Assembly (NCBI RefSeq): GCF_009914755.1
Contig: NC_060928.1
Source: the human T2T-CHM13v2.0 reference genome, Homo sapiens
Strand: one strand, 5' to 3'
Length of the DNA stretch: 64,000 nt
Below are positions 27,551 to 42,937 of the stretch, piece by piece (position 1 is the stretch's first letter; each line of letters begins with the position of its first letter). The notes below the pieces were generated by a model that was given only the letters and a program-made list of their open reading frames with translations, was not told the origin of the DNA and did not search any database. A program made the position numbers and the translations under genes.

Positions 27551-30500
27551 ACCAGAATTGATTAGCTCAAGAAGTTCAGCTTGTCCAGATTGTGGTCTCC
27601 TGGGCTTCTATTGGCTACCACATTTATTTAACACCAGTCTCCTGTCAGAGTCCCGAAGGGGTTATGCAAATCTCTTGCATTTAAATTTACGGGTTCACGT
27701 GTTTGTCACATCCCCTCAGCTAATTTGTAGTTAGTGTGGAGCCAAGTGACTTCTCTCTCACTAGCCACGATGCCCTGCACACGCCTGTGTTGTCCTCGGA
27801 AAGCCTCCCTGGCATCCCTCGGCAGCATGGGCTATAGCTGATGGGATGGAAGGCCAGCTTGGCCAGGTTGACTCTTTAGGAGTGGAGCGTTTGCTGTTCT
27901 CTGGTCTGTAGCCACAGACAGCTTCCCAGGACCCTGCCTTCCTCCTTCCCAGAGGTTCATCTGGGTCATAAGGAGAGCGTAGAGCTGAGTCTTCACTGTT
28001 AGCGTCTTCGTTGATTGAACAGCGTTTATTGAAGGCCCGTTGCTGCTGCCGCCCTACCATTAGCTCATATCTGGACAGCCTTGGTTGCGTGCAAGGTGCT
28101 CTCAAGCTTTTCTTTTACATAATTCCCACAAGAACCTTAGGAGATGCCCCCCGCTAGTTTTCAGATGAGGAAGCTGAGTCTCAAGTTTAGTACTGTAATT
28201 TGCCCGAAATCACACAGTTAACTATTAAGCATGGGCTAGAATGTAGGTTGTGATTCTTGTGGTCCAGAAGTTTTGCCCTCTACAGCAGCTGCCTGCACTT
28301 GGTACCAAGGTAGATGCCAGGGCAGTAGGAGTAGGACACACAGAGCTTCCCTTCATGTGTGTCCAGTCTGGTAAACTGGGCAAGTACAAGACACAGACAC
28401 AGTTAATGGAATGAAGGTGGGATGTGGCCACAGCTGTGCCACAGAGGACCTCTCAGGAAGAGCTAGGAGGGAGAGGAGGATGCCACCTTGTGGAAAAGAA
28501 CCAATTCCTTGCAGTGGCATAGGATGATTTTGAGACACAGAGTTCATGTTTCTTTAGTAAAGGGCAACCTTAGCACCCTTAGTCCAGTTTTCTGTCATTA
28601 GTTAGTAAAGAATCCAGTTTCACCTCTTAGCTCTAGGTTCCTGGTTATCTGTACAGTCTCTTAGTGGATACTGGTGTTTGTACATAATATTTTTGTTTTT
28701 ACAGTGAAGTGGTATATAGAGAAACTCTCAGTGCATAAATACTGGTAATTATTTCTTTTGAATGACCTTTAGCTCACACTGTGAGTTAAGTCCCTGCATA
28801 TTTGCCCTGTAGCATCATGAAGCATCCTTCTTTAGCTTATGTGGGTTGGGGCATTTAGTCTCAGAAGGATAGCCAAGAAAACAGGTAGTCACTTACCTAC
28901 TCAGCAGAAGTGGCTGGGGACTCCTAATGCTTCTAATATTGGATATGATTCATCACAAGCAGTTGCTGCTCTGAGCCAGGGGCTGACCTGGGAGCTCACA
29001 GCATCTCTGGAAAGGAAGAGTAGCATTGTCCCCTTTACAGTAAGGCGAGGAAACAGGCTCAGAAAAGAGGCAGCTTGTTCAGGTAACCATATAAGAAAGC
29101 CCCAGCTTTGTGCAGTCTGCCCCCTGCTGGCCTTGCTGCGCATTCATATGTGCATCCCTTCAGCACTTGGGTTAGGCACTGTTCTAGACTTGGGAATGCA
29201 TAGGCAAACAGATCGTGTCCCTGTCCTCCCCCTGCTCAGGTACCTTCTCAACAGGGACTTGAGGAAATAGGGCACAGACCATGTGACAGCTGGGGCTGCC
29301 TGCAGGGAGAGGTGCCAGGCAGCAGTGGCTTGTGCAGGGACAGGAATGCATTGGGTATGCCCCCAACATGACTGGCAAAGAAGGGATGGCATGGGAGTGT
29401 GGTGGGGATGAGGCCAGCCAGGCAGCTGGGAGCCAGACCACAGAGGGCCTTGTAGACTCTGTGCACCAGGAGTGCCGTCCCAAACAGCAGTCTCCACAGC
29501 TCACGCCCCTGGATTTTCAGTGCTTTCAAGACTCGAGTAATGTAAGCGTCTGGATGATTTTAGCATTAAAGACAGAGAGTCCTGCAGGGAAGCAGTACAG
29601 ACAGGTGGTGAAAGGCCCAGGATTGAGAACTGTATTGGAATCCAGAGCTTCTTTCCCCAGCTATTAGGCTTTGGGTGCTGACTGAGCCTTTCTGTGCCTC
29701 TGTAGTCTGTATGTATAAAAGGAGGCTAGAAGAATGCCCTCATTGTAAGGTAAAGTGCCTAGAACAGTGGCTGGCATGTCATAGCCCGAAACAGGGTGGT
29801 GGTCAACTTGAGCATCATGAAGACTATCAGCAGCAGTTCAGCATCACCTTTTCCAAATACCCTGTGGCACAATAAAACCCTCTTGTATGTACAGAATTCC
29901 TAAAGCAGGAAGAGAAAATGAAGGAGTGGGGTGTGGAGATGGGCCTGCCTGCCTCTGAGCTATCCTTGTCAAGGAAACCATGTCCTATCCACTCCATGCC
30001 CCTCAGCCAGTATAAGTGGTGGCCATATGGAGTGGGCCATGGAGTGAGAAGTCAGCCAAGGAAAAGATGCCTCCTTAGGAGAGATGAAGCCAGGGTTCCT
30101 CCCAGCCTCAGCAGAGGACACATGGCATCCTCCCCAGCCGCCCTAGGGCAACCACGCCTCCAAGCCTATGGCTTTGATAAGCAGCGGTCATGGGTGCAAT
30201 GTGTGTGCCCGGCACTGTGCTTGAGGCTTCACCTCTTTGAATTTGCACAGAAATGTAGGAGGGAAAATGGTGATGTTCTCATCTTAGAGATGAGGATACT
30301 AGGGCTCAAAGAGGTTAAATAATTTGTGCAAAGTTACATCACAAGTAAATAGCATGACCTGGAATTGACTGAAGTCTGTCTAATCCCAGAGCCTGGGGTA
30401 TTCTCATGAACCTCAACTAGTAACTTGGAGTTCTTGGAGCCGTCAGAGAGAACAGCTGTGGAGAGTCTTCCATGTGGCCAGTGCAGCTGCAGGAAGCAGC

Positions 30501-30852
30501 CCAGCAGGGCCCAGATGGTCTTACCCTTGGCACAGCCTCGCTACTCTGTGCCAAGGTAGAAGGGCGCAGCAGTCACTTGCTCCAGCCTTGTCCTTTGGGG
30601 TGTTGTGCAAGGGGCAGGCATGTCATCTCGTCAAACTACCTTGTGGCAACTCTGTGGCAGGGGATGGGGGGTGTGATCTGGTTTTGAGGAAGTAGATGCT
30701 CAAGGGTGTTAAAGGACTTAATGCACCATGAATGTCAATGCCAGAGTCCAAAACCCTGGCCAAGTTCCTCCTTTTACTCTGCACTGTGCCTCTGCCCCAG
30801 CTATGTTTCTCATGGAGGTAAGGGGAGTAAGAGGCTGTTCTGGATGAAGACC

Positions 30853-31012
30853 AGCAGTTCTCAGTGCATTAGAATTGCCTGGGAGCAAATCTGCTTTTCA
30901 GAAAGTGCCCAGCCCCTGCCCAGGACAGTTCATTTGGAATCTCTGGCAGGAGTCTAAGCCTCTCTAAAGCCCCCAGATGATGAGAATATGCAGCCAGGGT
31001 TGAGAACTACTG
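30853..31012. mobile_element. MER5A-like hAT MITE
   Basis: Termini cagcagttctca...ttgagaactactg. Confidence 0.7.
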
Positions 31013-31639
31013 GGCTCGTTGGATTTGTTTGATATCTTCTCATCCCAGTTTTTTTCCCATTTTGTGGGGCCATTTGCCTGATGGAATCGCTAGCACCATT
31101 TCTTTTTCCTATTCATAGATGTGATACATGGTTCAGTATGTTGTTGAGGAAGAACACACAAGGACGTGACCCTGTGTCGTTTCTCCATTGCGTTCCCTTC
31201 TGTCTGAGCTTCCTTTGTTCCTCTGTCCTATGAACGTGCTATGATGCACCATCTGTCTCCTCCATCCATTTGTTGTGGAGAGCATGGGCCCTGTGGGTCT
31301 CTCTGTCGTGTGTTCCCAGGGCCGATCACATTACAGGTGTGAATAGAAGCTTGTCCAATGAGTGCCTCCTGGTAGAATAACAGGAGTGTATGGTTATGCT
31401 GGCCTATTTCTTTTTTTAACTCACCAAACCAAGAATTTTTTGTCAGCATAGCGTTTTTTTTCTCTTACACACCTGCCTGGCTGTGCTTTTAGTGACGACT
31501 TAAAACCTCCGAAGGGTTGGGAGACCTAACTGATGTAGCTTTTTAGTGAAAAATGAAACAAGAATGTATGTTTCATAACTGTGTCTTAATGGAATTTCCC
31601 CCTTTCCCTCTTTTCCCTTCTCCATTCCAAATGATTAAG

Positions 31640-31737
31640 AATGTTACACAAATGCCAAGGGAGAGAGTGGTTTAGAAGAATATCCAGATGCTAAAGAGAC
31701 ACCCAGTAATGAAGAGCGCCTGTTAGATTTTAATAGG
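31640..31737 (+). CDS. KIAA0232: KIAA0232 penultimate coding exon (98 nt, ECYTNAKGESGLEEYPDAKETPSNEERLLDFNR)
   Basis: Pyrimidine tract at 31595-31628, then attaag|AA acceptor; AGG|gtaagt donor; phase 1 to 0, open frame. Confidence 0.88.
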
Positions 31738-32417
31738 GTAAGTGGACTGTCCTCCTCCTCGTCATTAACTTACAAACAGCCACCACCTCCAGTTGTCACT
31801 GTAGTCAAAAACCTGGGAGTCATGTGAGTGGACCCCACCTCTCCCAGGAACCAGCCAGGCCTGTGGGTGCAGACTTCCTGTTCTCTGGCCTTTGTTCTGA
31901 GTCTGCATTCTCCCCCGCTTCCAAACCCCCTTGACTGTTGACTGCCAGTGCTTCCTGAAGAATCCCCAGCTCTCTCCCCAGTCTTGGCTCTACACTACTG
32001 CCCGAGGGCATTGCATTACAAATGCAGAGCTGACCCTGTTGCTCCTTGGGTGGGCACACTTTTCATCTTTTTTTTTTTTGTTTACCTAATAAGTGGGAGA
32101 CCTAGCCTTGTCCTCTTTGAAAGTGCACCCTGAGGCAGCCTTGCCAGTGTGCTTGTTGCCGCTGTCCCGGCTTCTGCAGAACGATCCCGCCCTTTCCGTG
32201 TCCTCCTGCACTCTGTGCACGACTCTTCTTGCTGTAGCCAGAGCATGTACTTGCGTTCCGTTTCTGCATGTCTGCCTCTTCCACAAGCCTGTGGGCACCA
32301 CGAAGGCGGGAGCGGGGCCTCCGCCTGGTTTAGTCTCGTCTTAGACCTTCCCCGGTTAAGAGGCAGGCAGGCAAATGAACCTAAGGAAAATTCTTTTTAT
32401 TTGGTGTGAATTGTCAG

Positions 32418-32868
32418 TGTATTAGGGTTCTCCAGAGGGACAGAACTAATGGAATAGGTATATATATACACAAAGGGGAGTTTATTAAGTATTAACTCAC
32501 ACGATCACAAGGTCCCACAATAGGCCATCTGCAAGCTGAGGAGGAAGGAGAGCCAGTCCCAGTCCCAGTCCCAAAACTGAAGAACTTGGAGTCCGATGTT
32601 CGAGGGCAGGAAGCATCCAGCATGGGAGAAGATGTAGGCTGGGAGGCTAGGCCAGTCTAGTCTTTTCACATTTTTCTGCCTGCTTTATATTCTAGCCACG
32701 CTGGCAGCTGACTAGATGGTGCCCACCCAGATGAAGGGTGGGTCTGCCTTTCCCAGCCCACTGGATCAAATGTTAATCTCCTTTGGCAACACCCCCACAG
32801 ACACACCCAGGATCAGTACTTTGCATCCTTTAATCCAATCAAGTTGACACTCAGTATTAACCATAACA
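32418..32868 (-). mobile_element. MLT2A (HERV-L) LTR, complete
   Basis: tgtattagggttctccagagggacagaac...atcaagttgacactcagtattaaccataaca is MLT2A1/2 in reverse. Confidence 0.88.
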
Positions 32869-33779
<911 letters not shown>

Positions 33780-34532
33780 TGTCAGTGTCCATTCAAGTCC
33801 TGTGAGAACTGTCTGCCCAAGCACCTGTAGCATCATCGTCCACGTCCTGCTGCCCACTGACCTGTCCGGCTCCACACATGAAGGCAGATGTTTGAGGCCC
33901 CCACCAGCTCTCTCCTCAGTGACTAGTTCACATCATCCCTCCAGCCTCAAACCCCAAACTGAGACATATTCCCCAGTCCTCTCTCTCATCTTCCACACAC
34001 AGTCTGCCTGCCAGTCCTGACCGTTCCCCGCTGTCAGCCACTTCGCATCTCCCACTTCTCCTCCTCTCCATCATTACCACTTTGTTCAAGCCACTGTCCC
34101 TGCTCCTGAACAGCTGCCATGGTCTTTTCATTGTCCTTCCTGCTTTCGTCATCCTTTCCAGCCTTCTCTCCACACAGCAGACAGAATGACCTCACGAGCA
34201 GTATCTTGTTCAGTCCTCACAACGACCCTGTGAGGTAGGTACTGTTGTCATGCCTGTTCTGCAAAATAGGAAAGTGAAGCACAAAAACATCAGGCGCCGT
34301 GTATCCGAGGCCAGAGAGCCACAGCTTCAGTGTGGACCTGAACTCTGAACCTCAGCAGTCTGCCTCTAGGACCCATACTGCTAACCATGATGTCACTTTG
34401 CTGTTGCATTTGAGACAGATCCAAACTCCCCGCCACGCCTCTACAGCCCTGTATGTTTTGCCCCCGTCTGCCTTTGACCTCATCTGTCTCTGCTCTCCCC
34501 TTACTCTGTGTGGCTTTTCTGTGCTTCTGCCT

Positions 34533-34720
34533 CAGGGGTTCTCAACCAGGGGCAATGCTGCCATTTGGAAATGAGGTGGGAGTGCTGCTAGTTACTATGG
34601 CAGGGTGAGGGGAGCTTTGTAATGACTGTGACTGAGGAGGGGCCACCACTGCATCTCATGTCCTGGGGTCCAGAGATGCTGACCATCTGGTGTAGGGGAG
34701 ACAGTCCGACACCACAGAGT
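34533..34720 (+). mobile_element. MER20-like hAT fragment
   Basis: caggggttctcaaccaggggcaat terminus and ccagagatgctg core. Confidence 0.5.
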
Positions 34721-34773
34721 GTTGGCACCTCTGCATGGCTGGCTTCTCAGCTGAGCGGGCCTCTTCTCCAAAG

Positions 34774-35389
34774 AACTCCCTTCCCAACACACCCATCTGC
34801 AGTGCCCCCCCTCACCATCTGTACTGTGTCACTGCAAACTCCCTTCCCAACACACAGGTCTGCAGTGTCCCCTCACCATCTGTACTGTGTCACTGCAAAC
34901 TCCCTTCCCAACACACCCGTCTGCAGTGCCCCCTCACCATCTGTACTGTGTCACTGCAAACTCCCTTCCCAACACACAGGTCTGTAGTGTCGCCTCACCA
35001 TCTGTACTGTGTCACTGCAAACTCCCTTCCCAACACAGAGGTCTGCAGTGTCCCCTCACCATCTGTACTGTGTCACTGCAAACTCCCTTCCCAACACACA
35101 GGTCTGTAGTGTCGCCTCACCATCTGTACTGTGTCACTGCAAACTCCCTTCCCAACACAGAGGTCTGCAGTGTCCCCTCACCATCTGTACTGTGTCACTG
35201 CAAACTCCCTTCCCAACACAGAGGTCTGCAGTGTCCCCTCACCATCTGTACTGTGTCACTGCAAACTCCCTTCCCAACACACAGGTCTGTAGTGTCGCCT
35301 CACCATCTGTACTGTGTCACTGCAAACTCCCTTCCCAACACACCCGTCTGCAGTGCCCCCCTCACCATCGGTACTGTGTCACTGCAACT
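34774..35389. repeat. 61-bp minisatellite (VNTR), 10 units
   Basis: Unit aactcccttcccaacacacaggtctgcagtgtcccctcaccatctgtactgtgtcactgca with a variable middle. Confidence 0.97.
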
Positions 35390-35766
35390 GGCACATGTTG
35401 GTTTGCTCGTTCATCTCCCCAGCGAGCCTGGCATGCGCCTTCCACTGCTGGAGTCCCTGTGCCCAGTAAAGTTCCTGGTGCATAGCAGGTACTCAAAGAC
35501 TTTGAAAATGAAATAATTCTTTATCCTACCCTAACATGGCTAACATTTTGTCCAAGTGACTGAACATGTGGAATTAGGATTTTGGATCCTTCATGGATCA
35601 GAGAAGAGAGGCGGTTTTGCTCTGAAACAGTAAAACTCTGCATGTTTGTAACTCCACAGGAAAACACTGATGATTTATTATTTCTTCTTTGTATATAGAT
35701 AGAGTATCTCACCCTTTTGGGGAAAAAAAAGTCTTTTTGATGTGTTGAAAATTGTTTTAATCTTAG

Positions 35767-35946
35767 GTGTCTTCTGTTTATGAAGCAAGATGTACAGGAG
35801 AGAGAGATTCTGGAGCAAAGTCAGATGGCTTCCGCGGAAAGATGTGCTCCAGCGCCAGCTCCACCTCGGAAGAGACAGGCTCAGAAGGCGGAGGCGAGTG
35901 GGTGGGCCCTAGTGAAGAGGAGCTCTTTTCTCGAACTCATCTCTAA
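35767..35946 (+). CDS. KIAA0232: KIAA0232 last coding exon (VSSVYEARC...EEELFSRTHL*)
   Basis: ttttaatcttag|GTG acceptor, 59 codons, then TAA at 35944-35946. Confidence 0.92.
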   Translation: MSSVYEARCTGERDSGAKSDGFRGKMCSSASSTSEETGSEGGGEWVGPSEEELFSRTHL

Positions 35947-37605
35947 ACCTGCAAAATAGTACAAATTATTGTTTAAAAATGATATGTGATGGAAAATTAC
36001 TCTTCAGTGAGACCTGTTAATCTAAAACAACAACTTAGGTTTCCTCTTCAATTAACTGATTCAGATTGGTAATAATTATCTTTCTCTTCTTGCTTATTTT
36101 AGAGTTGAGGACAGCTATCCTGTTAAAGATTTTTTTTCCCAGCTGTTAAATTCTTGGCTATTTGAAATAGACTAGATTGTGTTGTCAAATCAAGAATGGG
36201 TGTGCATGTGCTTGTCTTAGAAGTATCACTGCTTTTTGCATCTTAACTGCAGTTAATTTTCCTTCCGACTGCGGTTATATCACTATGACCTTACTAGCAT
36301 TGCAGTGTCAACAACCACTTCTGCTCTTCAGAGACTTCAGCTTTGGAGCATTTAGGCTTTGTTCTCCAAGAACTGGGATATCCATTCTTACCCTACAGTG
36401 GCTTGATGCCTTTCTGAAGGCGAGAGGGAAGCCTGGGTGACTCAGCGGTGGTCTCCATTCAGCAAAATCTCATGTACATTTCCAGTAGGAACCGCAGAGG
36501 TGTGCTTTTCAAGACTCACCAAATACTGTGTTTTCTCTCTTAGGATTTCTTTTCCCCTAAAGTATCACGGAAGATACTATGGTTCGTGACTTTCTTGCTA
36601 ACTGAAGAAGCCAAGGATTTGGGGTGTGGGGTCGTATGCGAGACACAGTGGGGTAAGGGTGCATACCCCACCCCTTACCTGCTCTCATACTGCAGTTACA
36701 TTTACACCAAAACCCCATGCAGGGTTCTTTGTGGTGAGTGTTCCATACGTGCTAAGGACCTTAGTTACAGATTGTTACTTTCTGGTGACCTATGTTGAAT
36801 TGAAACCCCCAAAACTTGAAATTGTGAACATTTGACATGCAGTAAAGGCCACCTCATCACCCAGAGAAATCTTTGGCTGCTGCAGCTAGCCGCTTCTTGG
36901 CTGTGATGTAGTATAGCTTCGATCTCATTTTGTGTTTGAGAGAATGTTCTGGGCAAGTTCTGTGTGTGGTGGGTTGGGGCGGGTAGAGTCATGAGTTTTC
37001 CACATCCCTGTGTGGTGGTTTTGCTGACTGTCGCTCCGTGGGACTGGCTCCCGTTTCTCCTTGGTGAGCCCGGGGAGCCGGCGCATCTTGTGAGTCGCGT
37101 CTGTGCATGGCGATCCGCTCCTCCGGCTCTCATGGCATTGTGCCACAGGCAGAGGCCAGGAGGAGCAGTATGTGCACAGCCGAAACATTTTACATTTTTT
37201 ACATTGTTTTTCTTTTTTAACCAACTCATTGTTTAAAAAACAAAAACAAAAAAAACCTAATCTGTGAAATCAGCGTAGCATGCCTGGAGCATCAGGAATG
37301 GCAGAAAAGTCTGATGCGCTCTAGACAGCTTCACCACTCATTTGGGCAGGCAGTAAACACACATATAATTTATTAGCTGGGAGCTGAACTGGCTGTGAAA
37401 TCTATGATTTGCTTTGAACATTTGGGTTTTGTTGCCTTTTTCTTAATTGATAACACAGAAAAGAAAGTACCATCAAAGACTGTGGAGTCATTGAGGGTCT
37501 GTGTGTCCTCACCGAGAGGGACCTGGTGTGCCCGCCGGGTCGATCTTCCCACGTGTTAGGGTTTATTTTTATACAACACATTTTTTGACACTTTAAGGTG
37601 GGTGG

Positions 37606-37636
<31 letters not shown>

Positions 37637-38350
37637 CGCGCGCGCATGTGTAAGGTTTTATGTTGCTGTTATTTATTTACGAACTTCAGATACGTTTTTA
37701 TGTATTTTTCATTCTTCTGGAGCTTCCTAAAAATTGATAAGCATCTGCACTGAAATATAATTTAACAGCAAAAGTAAAAAAGGATTGAAAGTTGTAAATT
37801 CCTCATATCACTACAGTGACGATTATTCTAGAAATCGTTGCTTGTGTAGCAAAGACCAAATAAATAGATTTCAGACACAACCTTGAGCACAGTTGATTTT
37901 GGACAGCTGCTGTTTATTAGGAAAGGGCTCCAGGTGGCAAAGGTGCACACTTCCTCAGACACAGGTGAGAAGATGCAGCACCTTCCACAGGTGAATGGGA
38001 CGGATTCGAAGTGAGCAAAGGGATTCACAAATTATGTATTTATTTGTTTTCATAGTTAAGTAGCTGAAGCTCAGAGGCTTTCAGCAACAGAGATGAAAGT
38101 GTGGCTTTTTAGTTTTGTGAATGGATGATCACAAAGAAAAAGCATTTTTAAAAAGTTGGCAAACGCTGAAACGCACTGTGGTATGAAGCGCATTGCATTT
38201 CCATAGCACTGAAGTACCAGTTTCCATTCCTGGGCTGAGATTGTTTTTCCCGTGGTTGTATTGTTCTGATTTCACGTACACCAGAGTAACTGATTTTTTT
38301 TTGTTTGTTTTCTTGTGGAGTTAACACCAAATAAAAATTGTAAAAAACAG
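35947..38350 (+). other. KIAA0232: KIAA0232 3' UTR (~2.4 kb)
   Basis: Transposon-free, AT-rich sequence between the stop codon and the poly(A) signal. Confidence 0.8.
37606..37651. repeat. (GT)n(GC)n alternating purine-pyrimidine tract in the 3' UTR
   Basis: gtgtgtgtgtgtgtgtgtgtgcgcgcgtgcgcgcgcgcatgtgt. Confidence 0.9.
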
Positions 38351-38370
38351 TTTGTTGTTTTTATTTCTCA
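38330..38370 (+). terminator. Polyadenylation signal AATAAA with downstream GU/U-rich element
   Basis: AATAAA at 38330-38335, U-rich upstream tract, tttgttgtttttattt just downstream. A second AATAAA lies at 37859. Confidence 0.8.
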
Positions 38371-39079
38371 TAGCAAAGCTTCTTTTGTAAAGAACTCCAG
38401 CTTCCTTTTACTCATGAGCATCCGTGGAAGAGCAAGTGCCCAGGTTACATTTGTTCTAGATGGAGGTCATTTAGCTCTCATTGCAGACACTGCTGAAAAC
38501 ATTGTGCAGCTTTGCTAGGGAAGAAAGTGGTGTGGCCTGCTGAGAAATCAGCGGCTCCTCCCCATCTCACCCCCAGCACACGCAGGGACTACTACCTGAG
38601 TCTGCAAAACACATAGCATTTTTGTCCGTGGATGGTACACAAAGCTCAATCTTTTTGTTTTCTTCTGGGGAAAAAATTAAATCTTTATATGTTAATATGA
38701 TTGATATTCATTGTGCAAAAAAAATCAGTGTGTTTTTAAAGAAGTATAAGGGAAAAGGAAAACTCATATGTCCTTCTGTCACTCTGAGACATACACTGGT
38801 AACATCTGTGCAAGCCCCTTTCCAGGATTCTGAATGTACAGTATATATGAATGCATACACAGAGAAATTTACATTCAAGAGTGTACTATACTTGTTCTTC
38901 TATAACATCAGAAATAGGTTTTTACTCAGATGTCTTCATGTCGGTAATTATAGAACTACATAATTATTTTTATAGCTGTATTATGTAGATTTAACAGGTT
39001 CCTCATTGATAAAACAATGTTTTTTTGGTTGTTTATTCAGTATCTGAATAACGTTTCTATGGACATCTGTAAACATGTA

Positions 39080-40625
<1,546 letters not shown>

Positions 40626-40894
40626 CTTTTTGGAGACAGTCTCACTGTGTCACCTAGGCTGGAGTGCAGTGGCATGATCACTGTCATCTCAAACTCCTGG
40701 GCCTAGTGATCCTCCTGCCTCAGCCTCCCTAATAGCTGGGACTATAAGCACACCTCACCATGCCCAGCTCATTTTTTAATTTTTTGTAGGAACAGGGTTG
40801 CCCAGGCTGGTCTCAATTACTTGGCCTCAATCCATCCTCCTCACCTCAGCCTCCCAAAGTGCTGGGATTACAGGCCTGAGCCATTGCACCTGGC
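40626..40894 (-). mobile_element. AluJ
   Basis: Diverged reverse Alu. Confidence 0.8.
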
Positions 40895-41744
40895 AATAGC
40901 ACAGGCCCTAAAGGATGTAGTTGGCCCACCCCCCAACACCATTTTTAAAGTCCTTACCCCACCGATTTGCAGGAGTGCAGTGATGTCATCTCGGTTCACT
41001 GCAGCCTCCACCTCCCGGAGCTCAGGCAGTCCTCCCCTCTCGGGCCAGGAATTCTGACACCACAGCTAAGTATTTTTAGAACAGCCCGGGGTGGAGTGTA
41101 AAGGCTTCTGCCTTTTTCACTGAAAGTGCTCTGGCCACTGCCCTGTGTGCCTGCTGCTGCTGCCACTACAGATGCCACTCTGGCCATGAGTGGCTGTGGC
41201 AGTGCCCAGGAGGCCTGCATCTACCAGCAGTCCAGGAACAGAAAGGAAGCCCCTGCCCCTGGTTCCTCTTGAAAGCAGCCAGTCGGATGGCGTCACAAGC
41301 TGGCCACTGTTGTGAACGCAGAGATTAGGAAATGAGCTGTCGTTTCAGAGCCCGCTGCTAGCCTTGTGCCACTGGTGTGGTTAATTAATAGCATGTTCAG
41401 GGACGGTTGCCTCAATTATCAAGCTGGTAATGATGCTGCCACCTAACGTTTGGTTGGCGTTGCTATTGTCTGTGCTAGTCATAGTCAACAGCTGACACTG
41501 AGGGCTTACTGGCTGCCACGCATTCTAAGCGCTCTTGAGTGTTAACTAGCAACCCTATGAGGGAGCTACAGCTGCTCTGTTTTACAGATGAGTAAACTGA
41601 GGCACAGTGGGGCATTAGGCACTTGCAGTCTCACACTTGGTGGATGCTGGAGCCCGAATTCACCTTGGGCACTGACTGCAGAGTCCATTTAACACTGAAA
41701 CCTCCATCTCACAAAATCCCACTCATTAAGTTACGTATTGTCTC

Positions 41745-42127
<383 letters not shown>

Positions 42128-42212
42128 TTAGATGTAAATGGAGATCATAACTGGACCTCTCTCCTAAGGGTTGGTTATAAACATAAAATAGTCCATCTGC
42201 ATAAATACTAGA

Positions 42213-42937
42213 GTGCAAACTAAAAAGTACCTGAGACAGACCTCAATTAATTTAGAAGTGTATTTTGCCAAGACTCAGGACACACCTGAGAGAGAGAGGT
42301 CTGTGCCTTTCTCCAAAGATGATTTTGAGAGCTTCTGTATTTAAAGGGGAAAAGTGGGCTGGAGGGGGAAGGGGGAGGGTGTGGTCACACGACTGAATCC
42401 ACAGGTTGCGAGAGAAAAGGAGCAGGTAGGGGAGTAGTCAATTAGGTATTTGACTTGTACGCACTAAATCCTCACTTTACGTAAGATACAGTGAACACAG
42501 AGTAGCTACCTGTGGAGATAGCTGGCCTTTTTGTTTTGTTTTGTTTTTTGGACAGGATCTCACGCTTACCCAGGATGGAGTGCAGTGGCGTGATCTCGAT
42601 CTTGGCTCACTGCAGCCTCAGCCTCCCGAGTAGCTGGAACCACAGGTGTGCGCCACCACACCCAGCTAATTTTTGTATTTTTTGTAGACAGAGGTTTCAC
42701 CATGCTGCCCAGGCTGGCCGTGAATTCTTGGGCTCAAGCAATGCTTCCACCTCGGCCTTTCAAAGTGCTGGGATTACAGTCGTGAAGCCACCGTGCCTGG
42801 CCTGTCTGGCCCTTTCGCTGTAGCTATCTGCTTAAGAACATAAGGAAACGCAGCTTCTTGCATGAGTCTATTCTCATCTTAAGTATTTCCTTTTAGCACA
42901 GTGAATTACGGTCCCACGTTTTTATTTTCCTTTCACA
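42213..42937 (-). mobile_element. MER4-group ERV1 solo LTR interrupted by a reverse AluJ (42528-42802)
   Basis: Ends tttattttcctttcaca (reverse TGTGAAAGGAAAATAAA); internal aatttagaagtgtattttgccaag. Confidence 0.7.

Noticed and set aside
34774-35389. CRISPR-like look (constant repeat plus variable middle) and 120-209-aa Cys/His-rich ORFs
   Set aside because: The variable parts are point variants of one sequence, not unique spacers, and there are no cas genes in this human DNA. The ORFs are a by-product of a stop-poor 61-bp unit cycling through frames.
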